A stretch of DNA of 64,000 nucleotides, from NCBI RefSeq assembly GCF_048403405.1, contig NZ_CP183129.1; one strand, given 5' to 3'. Numbering within the stretch: the stretch's first letter is position 1; each line of letters opens with the position of its first letter. The position numbers and the translations under genes are program-made. Below are positions 24,306-35,173 of this stretch, in pieces. The stretch comes from Escherichia coli (lineage in GTDB: Bacteria; Pseudomonadota; Gammaproteobacteria; Enterobacterales; Enterobacteriaceae). A model generated the notes under the pieces. The model worked only from the letters and a program-made list of their open reading frames with translations, had not been told where the DNA came from and made no database searches.

Positions 24306-25875
24306 TGTGTTTCTCCGAAACAGATGCGGTGCCTGAAGGCAAAAAATCATGCCAGGTGCTACGTTGTGCAGGCAGGTCGTGCGTCCCTGAGAGGACTATA
24401 GTGGAAGCGCCCGCCAGGATCCTGATGACAGGTTGTGGAATATGCGTTCCCATCGCCAGCATCATGACCAGCAGAATCACCATTGGCGAGGTGGTCAACC
24501 AGCCAAGTTCACCCCGGTTAACGGCCTGCGGCGGTTTCGCCATTAACACCCGCGCAGCCATCCGTACCAGGCCCGCCAGCACCAGCGTTAACAGCAATAA
24601 CAGCAGGACGATAATCAGCAGGTGATTACGTGCCAGTCCGGCGGTAACGGTCATAAATTCGCTAAGAAAAATGTTGAAGGGCGGCATCCCTGCCAACGCC
24701 AGCGCACCGCCGCCAAACAGCACGGCGGTAAATGGCATGATTTTAAGCATTCCGCAGACGACGTTGAGATCGCGCGTGCCGTACTTGAGCAGTACATTGC
24801 CGGAACCGCAGAACAGCAGCGTTTTTGCCAGACTGTGGTTTAAGGTGTGCAGCAGCGCAGCAAAAATTCCCAGCGGCCCGCCAATGCCTAGCGCCACCGC
24901 GACCAGTCCCATGTTCTCCACGCTGGAGTACGCCAGCAGACGCTTAATGTCCCGCTGTACCAGAATGAAAAATGCCGCCACGGCAACCGACAACATGCCG
25001 AAGATGAGCAACAACCGGTTGGGGAAATCGCTGCCGATGGCCTGGCAGATAATGATGTAATAGCGAATCAGCACCAACAGCGCGCAGTTCAGCAATACGG
25101 CGGAGAGCAGGGCGCTGACCGGACTCGGCGCTTCACTGTGAGCATCCGGCAGCCAGGCGTGCATGGGAAATAGCCCGGTTTTGGTGCCAAAGCCAATTAG
25201 CACAAACACAAAGGCCAACAGCATTAATGTTGGGTCAAGCAAGGACGATTGCTTAAGAACCTCGCTCCAGAATATCGCCATTTCTGCCTGCGGCATAACG
25301 CTGGCGGCGTTGGCGTATACCAGCACGGTACCGAACAGACCAAAAGCGACACCAACAGTACAAATAATGATGTACTTCCATGCAGCTTCCAGCGATGAAC
25401 GCTGACCGTAAATGCCTACCAGAAACGCCGAGCTTAAGGTGGTGGCTTCGATCGCCGCCCACATCACAATCAGGTTATTGCTGGTAACAACCAGCAGCAT
25501 GGTGAACAAAAACAGATGGAAGAAACCGTAGTAATCGCACAGCGTAACGGGTGAAAGCTCGCCGTGCTCCACTTCATGACGCATGTAGCCAATCGAGTAA
25601 ACACCGGTGAGAAAGCCAATCACACCAAGAATGGCGAGGAACAAACCGCCCAGACCATCAATATGAAGCCACAGTCCCGCAGCGAATATTTCTCCCGCAT
25701 CAGCGGCAGTTTGGACCACCCACAGTGCCAGAATCAGCAGCAGTGTGATCCCTAAGCTATGTAGTACTGTCACCGTGCGAGTCGCAGAGTGCCCCTGTTT
25801 CCGGCAGGCAAAACAGAGCAGTGAAAAAAGCAGCGGCGTGAGCAGGAGTAAAGCGAACATCACAGAATAACTCAT
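24295..25875 (-). CDS. hyfF: hydrogenase-4 membrane subunit HyfF (antiporter-like, NuoL/M/N family)
   Basis: 526-aa polytopic track ORF. Position in the operon. Confidence 0.93.
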   Translation of the reverse strand: MSYSVMFALLLLTPLLFSLLCFACRKQGHSATRTVTVLHSLGITLLLILALWVVQTAADAGEIFAAGLWLHIDGLGGLFLAILGVIGFLTGVYSIGYMRHEVEHGELSPVTLCDYYGFFHLFLFTMLLVVTSNNLIVMWAAIEATTLSSAFLVGIYGQRSSLEAAWKYIIICTVGVAFGLFGTVLVYANAASVMPQAEMAIFWSEVLKQSSLLDPTLMLLAFVFVLIGFGTKTGLFPMHAWLPDAHSEAPSPVSALLSAVLLNCALLVLIRYYIIICQAIGSDFPNRLLLIFGMLSVAVAAFFILVQRDIKRLLAYSSVENMGLVAVALGIGGPLGIFAALLHTLNHSLAKTLLFCGSGNVLLKYGTRDLNVVCGMLKIMPFTAVLFGGGALALAGMPPFNIFLSEFMTVTAGLARNHLLIIVLLLLLLTLVLAGLVRMAARVLMAKPPQAVNRGELGWLTTSPMVILLVMMLAMGTHIPQPVIRILAGASTIVLSGTHDLPAQRSTWHDFLPSGTASVSEKHSER

Positions 25876-25879
25876 CTCA

Positions 25880-26530
25880 TTATCCCTTCAGCGCGGTCAA
25901 GTTGTTCACGTCCAGCGTGCCGTGGGTACGCCATATTTTTCTTGCCAGTAACACCATTACAATGACGGCGAAGATGGCGTCGGTAGCGATACCAATTTCC
26001 ACCAGTTCCGGTGCACGCCAGGCAAGAAGCGCCAGCACCAGATGGGAGCCGTTTTCCATCAGGCAGTAACCAAAAATTTGCCGCAGGATATTGCGCTGGC
26101 TGACAATGCACAGCAGGCCAAGCAGAAAATGACCTAACGCCACCGCCAGCGCCGGTTTCAGCCCGGTAGCCATCGGTAGCTTCACGGGCTGAACGACAAA
26201 TGCGCAAAGCAGGACAATTAATGCCGCGAGCAATGCCATCATTGCCGGACCGAATAACGCTTTTTCCGGGATGTTCTGGGGAATATTTCGTGCAGCGTAA
26301 ATCATGATTAACGGTACCAGCAGCACTTTGGTGATAAAGGCGCTGGCGGACCAGATCAGCAGTTGCTCTGCGACGAACAGGCACGAGAGGGTGGCGAAAA
26401 TAGACACCAGCACCAGCGACTGGCAGGCGTAAAATCCGCATGACAGGCGATAGCTTTTGACACTAATCACAAACAGCGATGTCAGCATCATCAGTCCCGC
26501 CAGATTATTTACGATCATAGAACCGGTCAT
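25880..26530 (-). CDS. hyfE: hydrogenase-4 membrane subunit HyfE
   Basis: 216-aa polytopic track ORF. Position in the operon. Confidence 0.9.
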   Translation of the reverse strand: MTGSMIVNNLAGLMMLTSLFVISVKSYRLSCGFYACQSLVLVSIFATLSCLFVAEQLLIWSASAFITKVLLVPLIMIYAARNIPQNIPEKALFGPAMMALLAALIVLLCAFVVQPVKLPMATGLKPALAVALGHFLLGLLCIVSQRNILRQIFGYCLMENGSHLVLALLAWRAPELVEIGIATDAIFAVIVMVLLARKIWRTHGTLDVNNLTALKG

Positions 26531-26541
26531 TCATCATCTCC

Positions 26542-27981
26542 TTACTGCAACCAGGTCGCGGCGATTACGCTGGAAATCAGCGACATCACAATCAGTACAA
26601 TCAACACCAGGCGCATTGACCCTGGCAGCGGTGCGGCATCGGCGACGGCCTCGCTCGGTTTGCCAGGCACAACGCGACCAAACCAGCGAATAAACCAGGC
26701 GAAACTGGCGACCGATTCAATCATCAGCAGAATCATGGCGGGCAGCAGGATCCAGTACTCCACTGACAACGCAAAACCGGCAGCAAACAGCGGGAATTTA
26801 CTGAAGAAGCCGTTGAATGGCGGCACGCCGGTAATTGCCAGCGCTGCCACGCAGAAACCCACGCCAGGCAACGGCAGGGTGTGCAATACGCCACGCAGAC
26901 GCGGCAACAAGCGCGTGCCGCAGCTGTAACTCAGCGCACCTGCTACAAGGAAAAATAGGCTTTTAGCGAACGCGTGGTTGACGATGTAGGCGATGCTGCC
27001 CTCCAGTGCCAGCCGCGAGCCGAAGATGGAGAGCGACAAGCCGAAGAACATCCAGCCAAGTTGAGTGATGGTCGACCAGGCCAGCAACCGCTTCATATCC
27101 TGCTGTGGCAAATACATCAGGAAGCCGTAAAGAATGGTGACCAGTGCCATGACCATGCCAACGCCGCCAATCACATGCGGGATATTGCCGCCGTCGATAA
27201 TGGCGCGGGCAAAAATGTAAACGCCCACTTTCACCATCGATGCGGCGTGGAGATAGGCGCTGATCGGTGTTGGCGCTTCCATTGCATCCGGTAGCCACGC
27301 TTGCATCGGTAGCTGGGCCGATTTCCCCCACGCGGCAAACAGGATGCCGCCATAAACCAGATAACGTGCATCGCCGTGTAACTCGTTCATCGCGCTAAGC
27401 GCAAACGTTCCGGTCTGCAAAAACAGCGTGGCGGCGGCAAGATACAACCCCAACGAACCGATATGGGTAATAAGCAACGCTTTTAGTGCCGAACGCTGCG
27501 CTTTATCGCTCTGGTAATAACTGATCAACGCCCAGGAGCAGCCGCCCGTAATTTCAAAAAACAACAACTGACCGAGCAGCGTCGAAGAGAGTACCAGTCC
27601 CGCCATCGCGCCGATAAACAGCAGCAAAAATGCGTAATAACGATTCGTGCCGTTATGCGGGTGTTCGCGATTTTTATCCGTCAGATAACCCGTGGAGTAG
27701 ATCGTGACCAGCAAACCGAGAAACACCACCACAAACAGAATCAGCGTACTCACGCGATCAATGACCAGGCCAAACAACGCCACATCCCCCACGTTGACCA
27801 ACGTCAACGTGACGGCAACTTTATCGGCCTGATAAAACGCGGAGATCAGCGACAACATGCACAGCGTGGTCAGCGCGGCGAACAAAATCCCCCATTCGGC
27901 GGCCCGACGTTGTGGCGAAAACGAAACGACCAGTGCGCCGATAAAAGGCAGCAATAACGTCGTCAGAGCAAGATTTTCCAT
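26542..27981 (-). CDS. hyfD: hydrogenase-4 membrane subunit HyfD (antiporter-like)
   Basis: 479-aa polytopic track ORF. Position in the operon. Confidence 0.93.
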   Translation of the reverse strand: MENLALTTLLLPFIGALVVSFSPQRRAAEWGILFAALTTLCMLSLISAFYQADKVAVTLTLVNVGDVALFGLVIDRVSTLILFVVVFLGLLVTIYSTGYLTDKNREHPHNGTNRYYAFLLLFIGAMAGLVLSSTLLGQLLFFEITGGCSWALISYYQSDKAQRSALKALLITHIGSLGLYLAAATLFLQTGTFALSAMNELHGDARYLVYGGILFAAWGKSAQLPMQAWLPDAMEAPTPISAYLHAASMVKVGVYIFARAIIDGGNIPHVIGGVGMVMALVTILYGFLMYLPQQDMKRLLAWSTITQLGWMFFGLSLSIFGSRLALEGSIAYIVNHAFAKSLFFLVAGALSYSCGTRLLPRLRGVLHTLPLPGVGFCVAALAITGVPPFNGFFSKFPLFAAGFALSVEYWILLPAMILLMIESVASFAWFIRWFGRVVPGKPSEAVADAAPLPGSMRLVLIVLIVMSLISSVIAATWLQ

Positions 27982-27997
27982 ATTTCGTCAGTGCTCC

Positions 27998-28945
27998 TTA
28001 CAGACCGGTTAACCAGAAGACCCATGCAAGCGCAGCAAGGCTGAAGCCAAGCCAGGTCACATGGTGAATGAGTAAAAAACGCCCGCGTGCCAGCGTGTTT
28101 TCTGCGATTGAGGCCAGTACAAAAATCAGCAAAACCTTGAGCAGCGTAACGACAAGTGAAGTCAGCAGGCAGGCGAGAGAAAGTTCTTGCGCGCGCCCAA
28201 AGGGCAGAAACAGGGCCACAAACAGTGCTGCCATCACGACCTGTTTCAGCCCCAGCCCCAACTTCGCCAACGCCAGCCCGGCACCGGAATATTCGGTCAG
28301 CGGGCCTTCCTGTAATTCCTGTTCTGCTTCAGCAACATCAAAGGGAATTTTTCCCATCTCAATGAAGCAGGCAAAACCACAGGCCAGTAACGCCAGTACG
28401 GTGGTTAGCGGCGAGTTCCAGCCCGTCGCCAGCGTCTTGCTGATCATCTCGATATGCGTGGAATCCGCTATCAGCGCCAATACCAGCAGTGAGAGAAGGA
28501 GCATGGGTTCGACCAGAATGCCGAGCGTCAACTCGCGACTGGCACCGACTCCCGCAAAGGGGCTTCCGGTATCCAGCCCGGAAAGAGCAAAGAAAAAACG
28601 AAACAGGGCAAGAAGATAGATAAGGGTGATCAGATCGCCGCCGCCCGCAAAAGGGGAAACGGTAATAAATAGTGGCAGGGCCATCGCCAGCACCAGCATG
28701 CTGCTGATTAATACCCACGGCATCAGGCGGAACATCAGACCTGAAGATGTCGGCGCAACTTCCTGGCGTTTAAACAGTTTGTGGATATCGCGATAATCCT
28801 GCCAGATCCCCGGTCCGCGACGGGAGTGCATTCGCGCGCGTATCTGCCGGGAAATCCCCGTAAAAAGCGGGGTTAGCACCAGCAGAGTCACGGCCTGTGC
28901 TAACGCAAAAATGATCAGATATCCGTCGCAAAGAGTTTGTCTCAT
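27998..28945 (-). CDS. hyfC: hydrogenase-4 membrane subunit HyfC (NuoH-like)
   Basis: Track ORF 27998..28966 trimmed to Met 8 (MRQTLCDGY, 315 aa). Confidence 0.9.
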   Translation of the reverse strand: MRQTLCDGYLIIFALAQAVTLLVLTPLFTGISRQIRARMHSRRGPGIWQDYRDIHKLFKRQEVAPTSSGLMFRLMPWVLISSMLVLAMALPLFITVSPFAGGGDLITLIYLLALFRFFFALSGLDTGSPFAGVGASRELTLGILVEPMLLLSLLVLALIADSTHIEMISKTLATGWNSPLTTVLALLACGFACFIEMGKIPFDVAEAEQELQEGPLTEYSGAGLALAKLGLGLKQVVMAALFVALFLPFGRAQELSLACLLTSLVVTLLKVLLIFVLASIAENTLARGRFLLIHHVTWLGFSLAALAWVFWLTGL

Positions 28946-28955
28946 GGTGATTTCC

Positions 28956-30974
28956 TTAGACGGCAATAGCGATTAGCAGCACAACCAGTGCGGCGACCAC
29001 ATACAGGCAATAGAGACGAAAGTCGCCGCTTTGCAGATGCTGTATTTCTTTGGCCAGCCGTTGGGTGGCGCTCACGATGGGGCGGATCACCCGCTCATCC
29101 CAGAAGGGTTCTGTGCTCTGAGCCCTGGCGGTGACATGCGCAAGACCTTTGTTCAGCCTCAGCGTAGGGTCGAGCTGTTGTCGTAGACGAAATAGCGCAC
29201 AAAAGACCACACGCAGCGGTTGCATCACGCCATTGCCTGACGGGGCCATCGCATTATCCCAGCCGTAGCCGCATGCCCAGGCATCTCCTGTGCGACGAAA
29301 CGCTGCGCGGCGCGAACGACACCACAGCCAGTAAAGGCCAGGCAGCAAAGGCATCGCCAGTAGTAACAGCAACAGTAATGAGGGAGTGACCCGTGTATGA
29401 AACGTGCCTGGTACAAGTGCTATTCCGCTGGCGACAGTGACGGGAGGGGTATTGGTAAACGCATGGGCAATGTGCATTATCTTCGGTGCCAGCCAACTGG
29501 CACTAAGCGCAATGAATATGCAGAGTGCCGCGAGCAGTAGCATGGCGACGATCATCGTATTCGGCACTTCCTGTGCCTCTTCAGCGTGTGTACTGCGCGG
29601 CGCTCCACAGAAAGTAATACCGTACATTTTGACGAAGCACATTACTGCCAGCCCACCAGTGACTGCCAGCATCACCATAGCAATAGGACCCGCAAGTTGT
29701 AGCGCTACGGCTTCCACACGACTTAGTGAGAACAGCGACTGCCAGGTGTACCATTCGCTGATAAAACCATTCAGCGGAGGAATGGCTGATATCGCGAGGC
29801 AACCAATCAGGCATGCTGCGGCTGTCCACGGCATCCGTTTTGCCAGTGCCCCCATTTTTTCCATGTCGTGGGTATGCAAACGCGAAATAATCGCACCCGC
29901 GCCGAGAAACAGCAGCCCTTTGAACAGCGCATGGTTGAGCAGATGAAACAGCGCGCCGAGCAGTCCAACAACGGTGAGCAGCGGGTCGTGCAGTGACAGA
30001 CCGACCATCGCCACACCGACCGCCAGCAAAATAATGCCGACGTTTTCGACGGTACTCCAGGCCAGCAGCCGTTTGATATCCTGTTCCGCCAGCGCATACA
30101 GCACGCCCAGGAGCGCGGAGATTGCGCCGATCGCCATCACCAGAATGCCCCACCACAGCGGCAAACCCGTTTGCGCCAGCAGGTCCATCGCTACTTTCAG
30201 GATGCCGAAAATACCGATTTTGACCATTACGCCAGACATCAACGCCGAAGCGTGCGATGGTGCGGCAGGGTGAGCGCGTGGCAACCAGCTGTGCAACGGC
30301 ATCATCCCGGCTTTCGCGCCAAAACCAAAGAAGGCCATCAGGAACACCGCCGACGCCAGCCCCGGAGAAAGTGAAAGCGTGCGGAAACTGGCAAAATCGA
30401 GGCTGCCGCTTTCGCGCCCCATCAGCAAGAAGGCGATCATAATCAGTACCGATCCGGCGTGGGCGATAAAAAAGTAGAGCATGCCAGCGTTGATTGACGT
30501 TTTATCCTGCCTGGCAATGACCAGAAACCAGGAAGACAGCGACATCATTTCAAACAGCACGATGAACCAAAAAGCGTTGTCCATCACCAGCAGGGCAACC
30601 ATCGATGCGATGAAAAGATTCATAAAGAAGCCCATCGCCGCCGCGCCTTTGCCCTCGTATTCGCGCATATAAGTCAATGAATAGAGCGAACAAACCACCA
30701 CCAGCAAGGAGATAACCAGCACCATAAATGCCGAGAGGCTATCCATTCGCAGGGTTAAATCGGCAAAGTCAAAAGGCGTGGCAAAACGGGCGACTAAAAT
30801 TACGCCTGCATGTAATTGCGTAATTCCGCTGATGATGCCAATCACGCCACCCACCAGCGATGTGATGCCGGAAAGCTTAATAGCCAGTCTGTCCAGACCG
30901 AGTAAAAACAGCGAAGCCAGACTGGCAAACAGATAGAGGATCAGCGACCAGGTTAATAATTGCAGGGCATCCAT
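28956..30974 (-). CDS. hyfB: hydrogenase-4 membrane subunit HyfB (antiporter-like)
   Basis: 672-aa polytopic track ORF. Position in the operon. Confidence 0.93.
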   Translation of the reverse strand: MDALQLLTWSLILYLFASLASLFLLGLDRLAIKLSGITSLVGGVIGIISGITQLHAGVILVARFATPFDFADLTLRMDSLSAFMVLVISLLVVVCSLYSLTYMREYEGKGAAAMGFFMNLFIASMVALLVMDNAFWFIVLFEMMSLSSWFLVIARQDKTSINAGMLYFFIAHAGSVLIMIAFLLMGRESGSLDFASFRTLSLSPGLASAVFLMAFFGFGAKAGMMPLHSWLPRAHPAAPSHASALMSGVMVKIGIFGILKVAMDLLAQTGLPLWWGILVMAIGAISALLGVLYALAEQDIKRLLAWSTVENVGIILLAVGVAMVGLSLHDPLLTVVGLLGALFHLLNHALFKGLLFLGAGAIISRLHTHDMEKMGALAKRMPWTAAACLIGCLAISAIPPLNGFISEWYTWQSLFSLSRVEAVALQLAGPIAMVMLAVTGGLAVMCFVKMYGITFCGAPRSTHAEEAQEVPNTMIVAMLLLAALCIFIALSASWLAPKIMHIAHAFTNTPPVTVASGIALVPGTFHTRVTPSLLLLLLLAMPLLPGLYWLWCRSRRAAFRRTGDAWACGYGWDNAMAPSGNGVMQPLRVVFCALFRLRQQLDPTLRLNKGLAHVTARAQSTEPFWDERVIRPIVSATQRLAKEIQHLQSGDFRLYCLYVVAALVVLLIAIAV

Positions 30975-31591
30975 TAGCGTTGCTCCTGAGTGAGGGAAAG
31001 GGGATCCTCCCCGCCATTGGCAAACCAGCTTGCGGCAAGGCGCTGTTTTTCTTTCATCTGACGTTGCAGGCTATCGTCGGTGATCAGCCGTAACGCCTGA
31101 TTCGGGCAAGCGCGAACGCAGGCCGGACCTTCTGGCAAGAAATCACACAGGTCGCATTTCACCGCGACGGTCTGGACACCCGGTTCCCAGCGCAGCAAAG
31201 CATGTTGGGTCGGCGCGTTTTCTTCGCCGTCTTTGAGTGAGCCGTCAGCCTGAAAAACATATTGCGCAGGGGCATTCACCGGACGGCTTCCTGAAGCGCT
31301 GATTGCGCCAAATGGGCAGACCACGGCGCAAAGCTTGCAACCAATACAAAGGCTTTCGTTGAGTTGGATCGCATCATCCCTCTGGGAAATGGCATTGACC
31401 AGGCAGACCTGCAGGCAAGGGGCTTCCTCACAGTGATGACACACGACAGGGGCAGTGAGTGTTGACGTCTTCGCCAGGGCCAGGCGCGGGTGTTGCTGTA
31501 AACCTTGCGTTTTATGCACGTCCGAACAGGCAGCGAGACAGGTATTACATCCTGTACACCACAGTGGTTCGGCCACCACAAAGCGGTTCAT
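30974..31591 (-). CDS. hyfA: hydrogenase-4 iron-sulfur subunit HyfA (HycB-like ferredoxin)
   Basis: Track ORF 30974..31630 trimmed to Met 14 (MNRFVVAEPLWCTGCNTC, 205 aa), which is preceded by AAGGAG. Multiple CxxCxxC motifs. Confidence 0.9.
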   Translation of the reverse strand: MNRFVVAEPLWCTGCNTCLAACSDVHKTQGLQQHPRLALAKTSTLTAPVVCHHCEEAPCLQVCLVNAISQRDDAIQLNESLCIGCKLCAVVCPFGAISASGSRPVNAPAQYVFQADGSLKDGEENAPTQHALLRWEPGVQTVAVKCDLCDFLPEGPACVRACPNQALRLITDDSLQRQMKEKQRLAASWFANGGEDPLSLTQEQR

Positions 31592-31629
31592 GTCGGCTCC
31601 TTGAAAATGATATGAAACATTGCATTTCA

Positions 31630-31649
31630 TATTGCATAAAGGATGCCAG
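31630..31649 (-). promoter_or_regulatory. candidate sigma54 (-24/-12) promoter of the hyf operon
   Basis: The minus strand reads CTGGCAT-CCTTT-ATGCA, with GG and GC at consensus spacing, about 40-55 bp upstream of the hyfA ATG. Coordinates uncertain by 1-2 nt. Confidence 0.5.
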
Positions 31650-31843
31650 TCTTATTAATTTAATATATTCAATAAGTTATGAATTAACTGGATTCTGAAC
31701 GGTACAAAAATGATGGTCATTAACGTTCAGCAAAAAATGGATTCGACACCCGTGTCGCAGGGGAACGCGAGAATGTGATCTTGATCACGAGAAGTGAGGT
31801 GTGCTGGCCGCAAGCGCAGCCAGCACGGAATGGAGCAAAGTAA

Positions 31844-32314
31844 TCAGGCGTGTTCTTTCAGCCAGTTCAGCACAACGTCGTGGTGATTGCTGGTTTTAAA
31901 ATCGTCAAAGACATGTTCGATTTTGCCATCAGCGTCAATCAGGAAGCTGATGCGATGAATACCATCGTAGGTTTTGCCCATGAAGGACTTTTCACCCCAG
32001 ACGCCGAATTGTTCGCACACCTGGTGGTCCTCATCAGACAGGAGCGTAAAGTTAAGCAGCTCTTTTTCCGCAAAACGGGAGAGTTTTTCAGGTTTATCGG
32101 TGCTGATACCCAGCACATCAACGCCCGCTTTTTTCAACTCATCCATGTTATCGCGTAAGCCGCAGGCCTGTACGGTACAGCCGGGGGTCATGGCTTTCGG
32201 GTAGAAATAAACCAGAACACGCTGTCCCTGGAAGTCGGTCAAATTAACTTGTTCTCCGTCTTGATCCGGCAAGCTAAATTTCGGTGCGATATCACCGGCT
32301 TTCAGTGGATTCAT
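31844..32314 (-). CDS. bcp: thiol peroxidase Bcp (bacterioferritin comigratory protein, peroxiredoxin)
   Basis: 156-aa track ORF (MNPLKAGDIAPKFSLPDQDGE) with peroxiredoxin motif PGCT. Confidence 0.95.
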   Translation of the reverse strand: MNPLKAGDIAPKFSLPDQDGEQVNLTDFQGQRVLVYFYPKAMTPGCTVQACGLRDNMDELKKAGVDVLGISTDKPEKLSRFAEKELLNFTLLSDEDHQVCEQFGVWGEKSFMGKTYDGIHRISFLIDADGKIEHVFDDFKTSNHHDVVLNWLKEHA

Positions 32315-32886
32315 TACTTAACTCCATCCTGTTCATCATGTTGGGAATAATTGACGACGTTAATACTGCCTTGTGCATTGAGTTCTGTACATAGGGCTTT
32401 GAACGCTTGCTCAATATTTGCTGCGTCCGCAGATGCGGGGCTGTGGGCGGTTATCTGAATATGCAACTGCGCAGCCCGTTCATTTTCAGCAGGTTGCGTG
32501 CGCGACACCAGCTCCGCAATGTTCATATGATGCGCGTCGAAAAGTGCTGTGAAGCGTTCAATTAAATGCGGGGAGTCTGCCACATCGACCTGAACCCAGA
32601 CAGATGCTGGCATTGGCGGACGCGGACGCGCCGTCGTGCGCTTCATCACGATTAAAAGATCCAGTTCTGCACCTTTCAACGGTAACGTTGATTCAATCAG
32701 AGTAATGGCATTCCATGAACCGGAAAGCAGCATGATAAACGTGAACTCTTCTCCCAGCATCGCCAGGCGACTGTCTTCAATATTACAGCCGCAACTACTG
32801 ACATGACGGGTGATGGTGTTCACAATTCCAGGGCGATCGGCACCCAACGCAGTGATCACCAGATAATGTTGCGATGACAGTGTCAA
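32314..32886 (-). CDS. gcvR: glycine cleavage system transcriptional repressor GcvR
   Basis: Track ORF 32314..32952 trimmed to the in-frame TTG at codon 23, giving (M)TLSSQHYLVITALGADRPG (190 aa, ACT domains). The stop overlaps the bcp start. Confidence 0.88.
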   Translation of the reverse strand: MTLSSQHYLVITALGADRPGIVNTITRHVSSCGCNIEDSRLAMLGEEFTFIMLLSGSWNAITLIESTLPLKGAELDLLIVMKRTTARPRPPMPASVWVQVDVADSPHLIERFTALFDAHHMNIAELVSRTQPAENERAAQLHIQITAHSPASADAANIEQAFKALCTELNAQGSINVVNYSQHDEQDGVK

Positions 32887-33031
32887 ACTGGTTATTCCTT
32901 TAAGGGGTGAGTTGTTCTTAAGGAAAGCATAAAAAAAACATGCATACAACAATCAGAACGGTTCTGTCTGCTTGCTTTTAATGCCATACCAAACGTACCA
33001 TTGAGACACTTGTTTGCACAGAGGATGGCCC

Positions 33032-33910
33032 ATGTTCACGGGAAGTATTGTCGCGATTGTTACTCCGATGGATGAAAAAGGTAATGTCTGTCGGGCTAGC
33101 TTGAAAAAACTGATTGATTATCATGTCGCCAGCGGTACTTCGGCGATCGTTTCTGTTGGCACCACTGGCGAGTCCGCTACCTTAAATCATGACGAACATG
33201 CTGATGTGGTGATGATGACGCTGGAGCTGGCTGACGGGCGCATTCCGGTGATTGCCGGAACCGGCGCTAACGCTACTGCGGAAGCCATTAGCCTGACGCA
33301 GCGCTTCAATGACAGTGGTATCGTCGGCTGCCTGACGGTAACCCCTTACTACAATCGTCCGTCGCAAGAAGGTTTGTATCAGCATTTCAAAGCCATCGCT
33401 GAGCATACTGACCTGCCGCAAATTCTGTATAATGTGCCGTCCCGTACTGGCTGCGATCTGCTCCCGGAAACGGTGGGCCGTCTGGCGAAAGTAAAAAATA
33501 TTATCGGAATCAAAGAGGCAACAGGGAACTTAACGCGTGTAAACCAGATCAAAGAGCTGGTTTCAGATGATTTTGTTCTGCTGAGCGGCGATGATGCGAG
33601 CGCGCTGGACTTCATGCAATTAGGCGGTCATGGGGTTATTTCCGTTACGGCTAACGTCGCAGCGCGTGATATGGCCCAGATGTGCAAACTGGCAGCAGAA
33701 GGGCATTTTGCCGAGGCACGCGTTATTAATCAGCGTCTGATGCCATTACACAACAAACTATTTGTCGAACCCAATCCAATCCCGGTGAAATGGGCATGTA
33801 AGGAACTGGGTCTTGTGGCGACCGATACGCTGCGCCTGCCAATGACACCAATCACCGACAGTGGTCGTGAGACGGTCAGAGCGGCGCTTAAGCATGCCGG
33901 TTTGCTGTAA
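33032..33910 (+). CDS. dapA: 4-hydroxy-tetrahydrodipicolinate synthase
   Basis: Track ORF 33014..33910 trimmed to Met 7 ([17 protein letters not shown], 292 aa). Confidence 0.95.
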   Translation: MFTGSIVAIVTPMDEKGNVCRASLKKLIDYHVASGTSAIVSVGTTGESATLNHDEHADVVMMTLELADGRIPVIAGTGANATAEAISLTQRFNDSGIVGCLTVTPYYNRPSQEGLYQHFKAIAEHTDLPQILYNVPSRTGCDLLPETVGRLAKVKNIIGIKEATGNLTRVNQIKELVSDDFVLLSGDDASALDFMQLGGHGVISVTANVAARDMAQMCKLAAEGHFAEARVINQRLMPLHNKLFVEPNPIPVKWACKELGLVATDTLRLPMTPITDSGRETVRAALKHAGLL

Positions 33911-33926
33911 AGTTTAGGGAGATTTG

Positions 33927-34961
33927 ATGGCTTACTCTGTTCAAAAGTCGCGCCTGGCAAAGGTTGCGGGTGTTTCGCTTGTTTTATTACTCGCTGCCTG
34001 TAGTTCTGACTCACGCTATAAGCGTCAGGTCAGTGGTGATGAAGCCTACCTGGAAGCGGCACCGCTTGCGGAGCTTCATGCCCCGGCTGGAATGATTTTG
34101 CCGGTGACCTCCGGTGATTATGCAATCCCGGTGACCAACGGTAGTGGTGCTGTCGGTAAGGCGCTGGACATTCGTCCACCAGCCCAGCCGCTGGCACTGG
34201 TTTCTGGCGCGCGTACCCAGTTCACGGGCGATACCGCTTCATTGCTGGTGGAAAATGGTCGTGGCAATACTCTGTGGCCGCAGGTGGTTAGCGTGCTGCA
34301 GGCGAAAAACTACACCATCACCCAACGTGATGATGCTGGTCAGACACTGACCACCGATTGGGTACAATGGAACCGTCTGGACGAAGACGAGCAGTATCGT
34401 GGTCGTTATCAAATCTCTGTTAAGCCGCAGGGTTATCAGCAGGCGGTTACGGTTAAACTGCTGAACCTGGAACAGGCGGGCAAACTGGTTGCAGACGCGG
34501 CTTCCATGCAGCGTTACAGCACGGAGATGATGAACGTTATTTCCGCCGGTCTGGATAAATCTGCCACTGACGCCGCGAACGCTGCGCAAAATCGAGCCTC
34601 CACCACTATGGACGTACAAAGTGCAGCTGATGACACCGGTTTACCAATGCTGGTCGTACGCGGGCCGTTCAATGTGGTTTGGCAACGTCTGCCAGCGGCG
34701 CTGGAAAAAGTGGGCATGAAAGTGACCGACAGCACCCGTTCGCAGGGCAACATGGCCGTAACTTACAAGCCGCTGTCTGACAGCGACTGGCAGGAACTGG
34801 GCGCGAGCGATCCAGGCCTGGCATCCGGTGACTATAAACTGCAGGTTGGCGATTTAGATAACCGCAGCAGCCTACAGTTCATCGATCCGAAAGGTCATAC
34901 TCTGACTCAGAGTCAGAACGACGCGCTGGTAGCTGTCTTCCAGGCTGCGTTTAGCAAGTAA
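33927..34961 (+). CDS. bamC: outer-membrane protein assembly factor BamC (lipoprotein)
   Basis: Track ORF 33924..34961 trimmed to the second Met. Lipoprotein signal ending in LAAC. Confidence 0.95.
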   Translation: MAYSVQKSRLAKVAGVSLVLLLAACSSDSRYKRQVSGDEAYLEAAPLAELHAPAGMILPVTSGDYAIPVTNGSGAVGKALDIRPPAQPLALVSGARTQFTGDTASLLVENGRGNTLWPQVVSVLQAKNYTITQRDDAGQTLTTDWVQWNRLDEDEQYRGRYQISVKPQGYQQAVTVKLLNLEQAGKLVADAASMQRYSTEMMNVISAGLDKSATDAANAAQNRASTTMDVQSAADDTGLPMLVVRGPFNVVWQRLPAALEKVGMKVTDSTRSQGNMAVTYKPLSDSDWQELGASDPGLASGDYKLQVGDLDNRSSLQFIDPKGHTLTQSQNDALVAVFQAAFSK

Positions 34962-34968
34962 AAATACA

Positions 34969-34994
34969 GGGCTGGAGTCATCCGGCCCTTTTTT
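34969..34994 (+). terminator. rho-independent terminator after bamC
   Basis: GGGCTGG-agtcat-CCGGCCC hairpin followed by T6. Confidence 0.55.
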
Positions 34995-35004
34995 CTGATA
35001 TGAT

Positions 35005-35020
35005 ACGCAAACGTGTGCGT
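35005..35020. promoter_or_regulatory. PurR operator of purC
   Basis: ACGCAAACGTGTGCGT, a near-consensus PurR box, about 150 bp upstream of the purC ATG. Confidence 0.6.
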
Positions 35021-35073
35021 CGGCAGAAAAATGCGATTTTAGCGGTAATTCGCACAAAATTTGTTTGTCGGAC

Positions 35074-35121
35074 GTAGGTCGGATAAGGCGTTCTTGCCGC
35101 ATCTGACAAAACATCCGGCAC
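35074..35121. repeat. REP-like palindromic element (partly degenerate)
   Basis: GTAGGTCGGATAAGGCGTTCTTGCCGCATCTGAC followed by ...CATCCGGCA. Resembles the REP consensus. Confidence 0.5.
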
Positions 35122-35173
35122 ACCAGACAGCAAAAGATTTTAAAACGTTAATTCACACCCAGGAGTGATAAAG

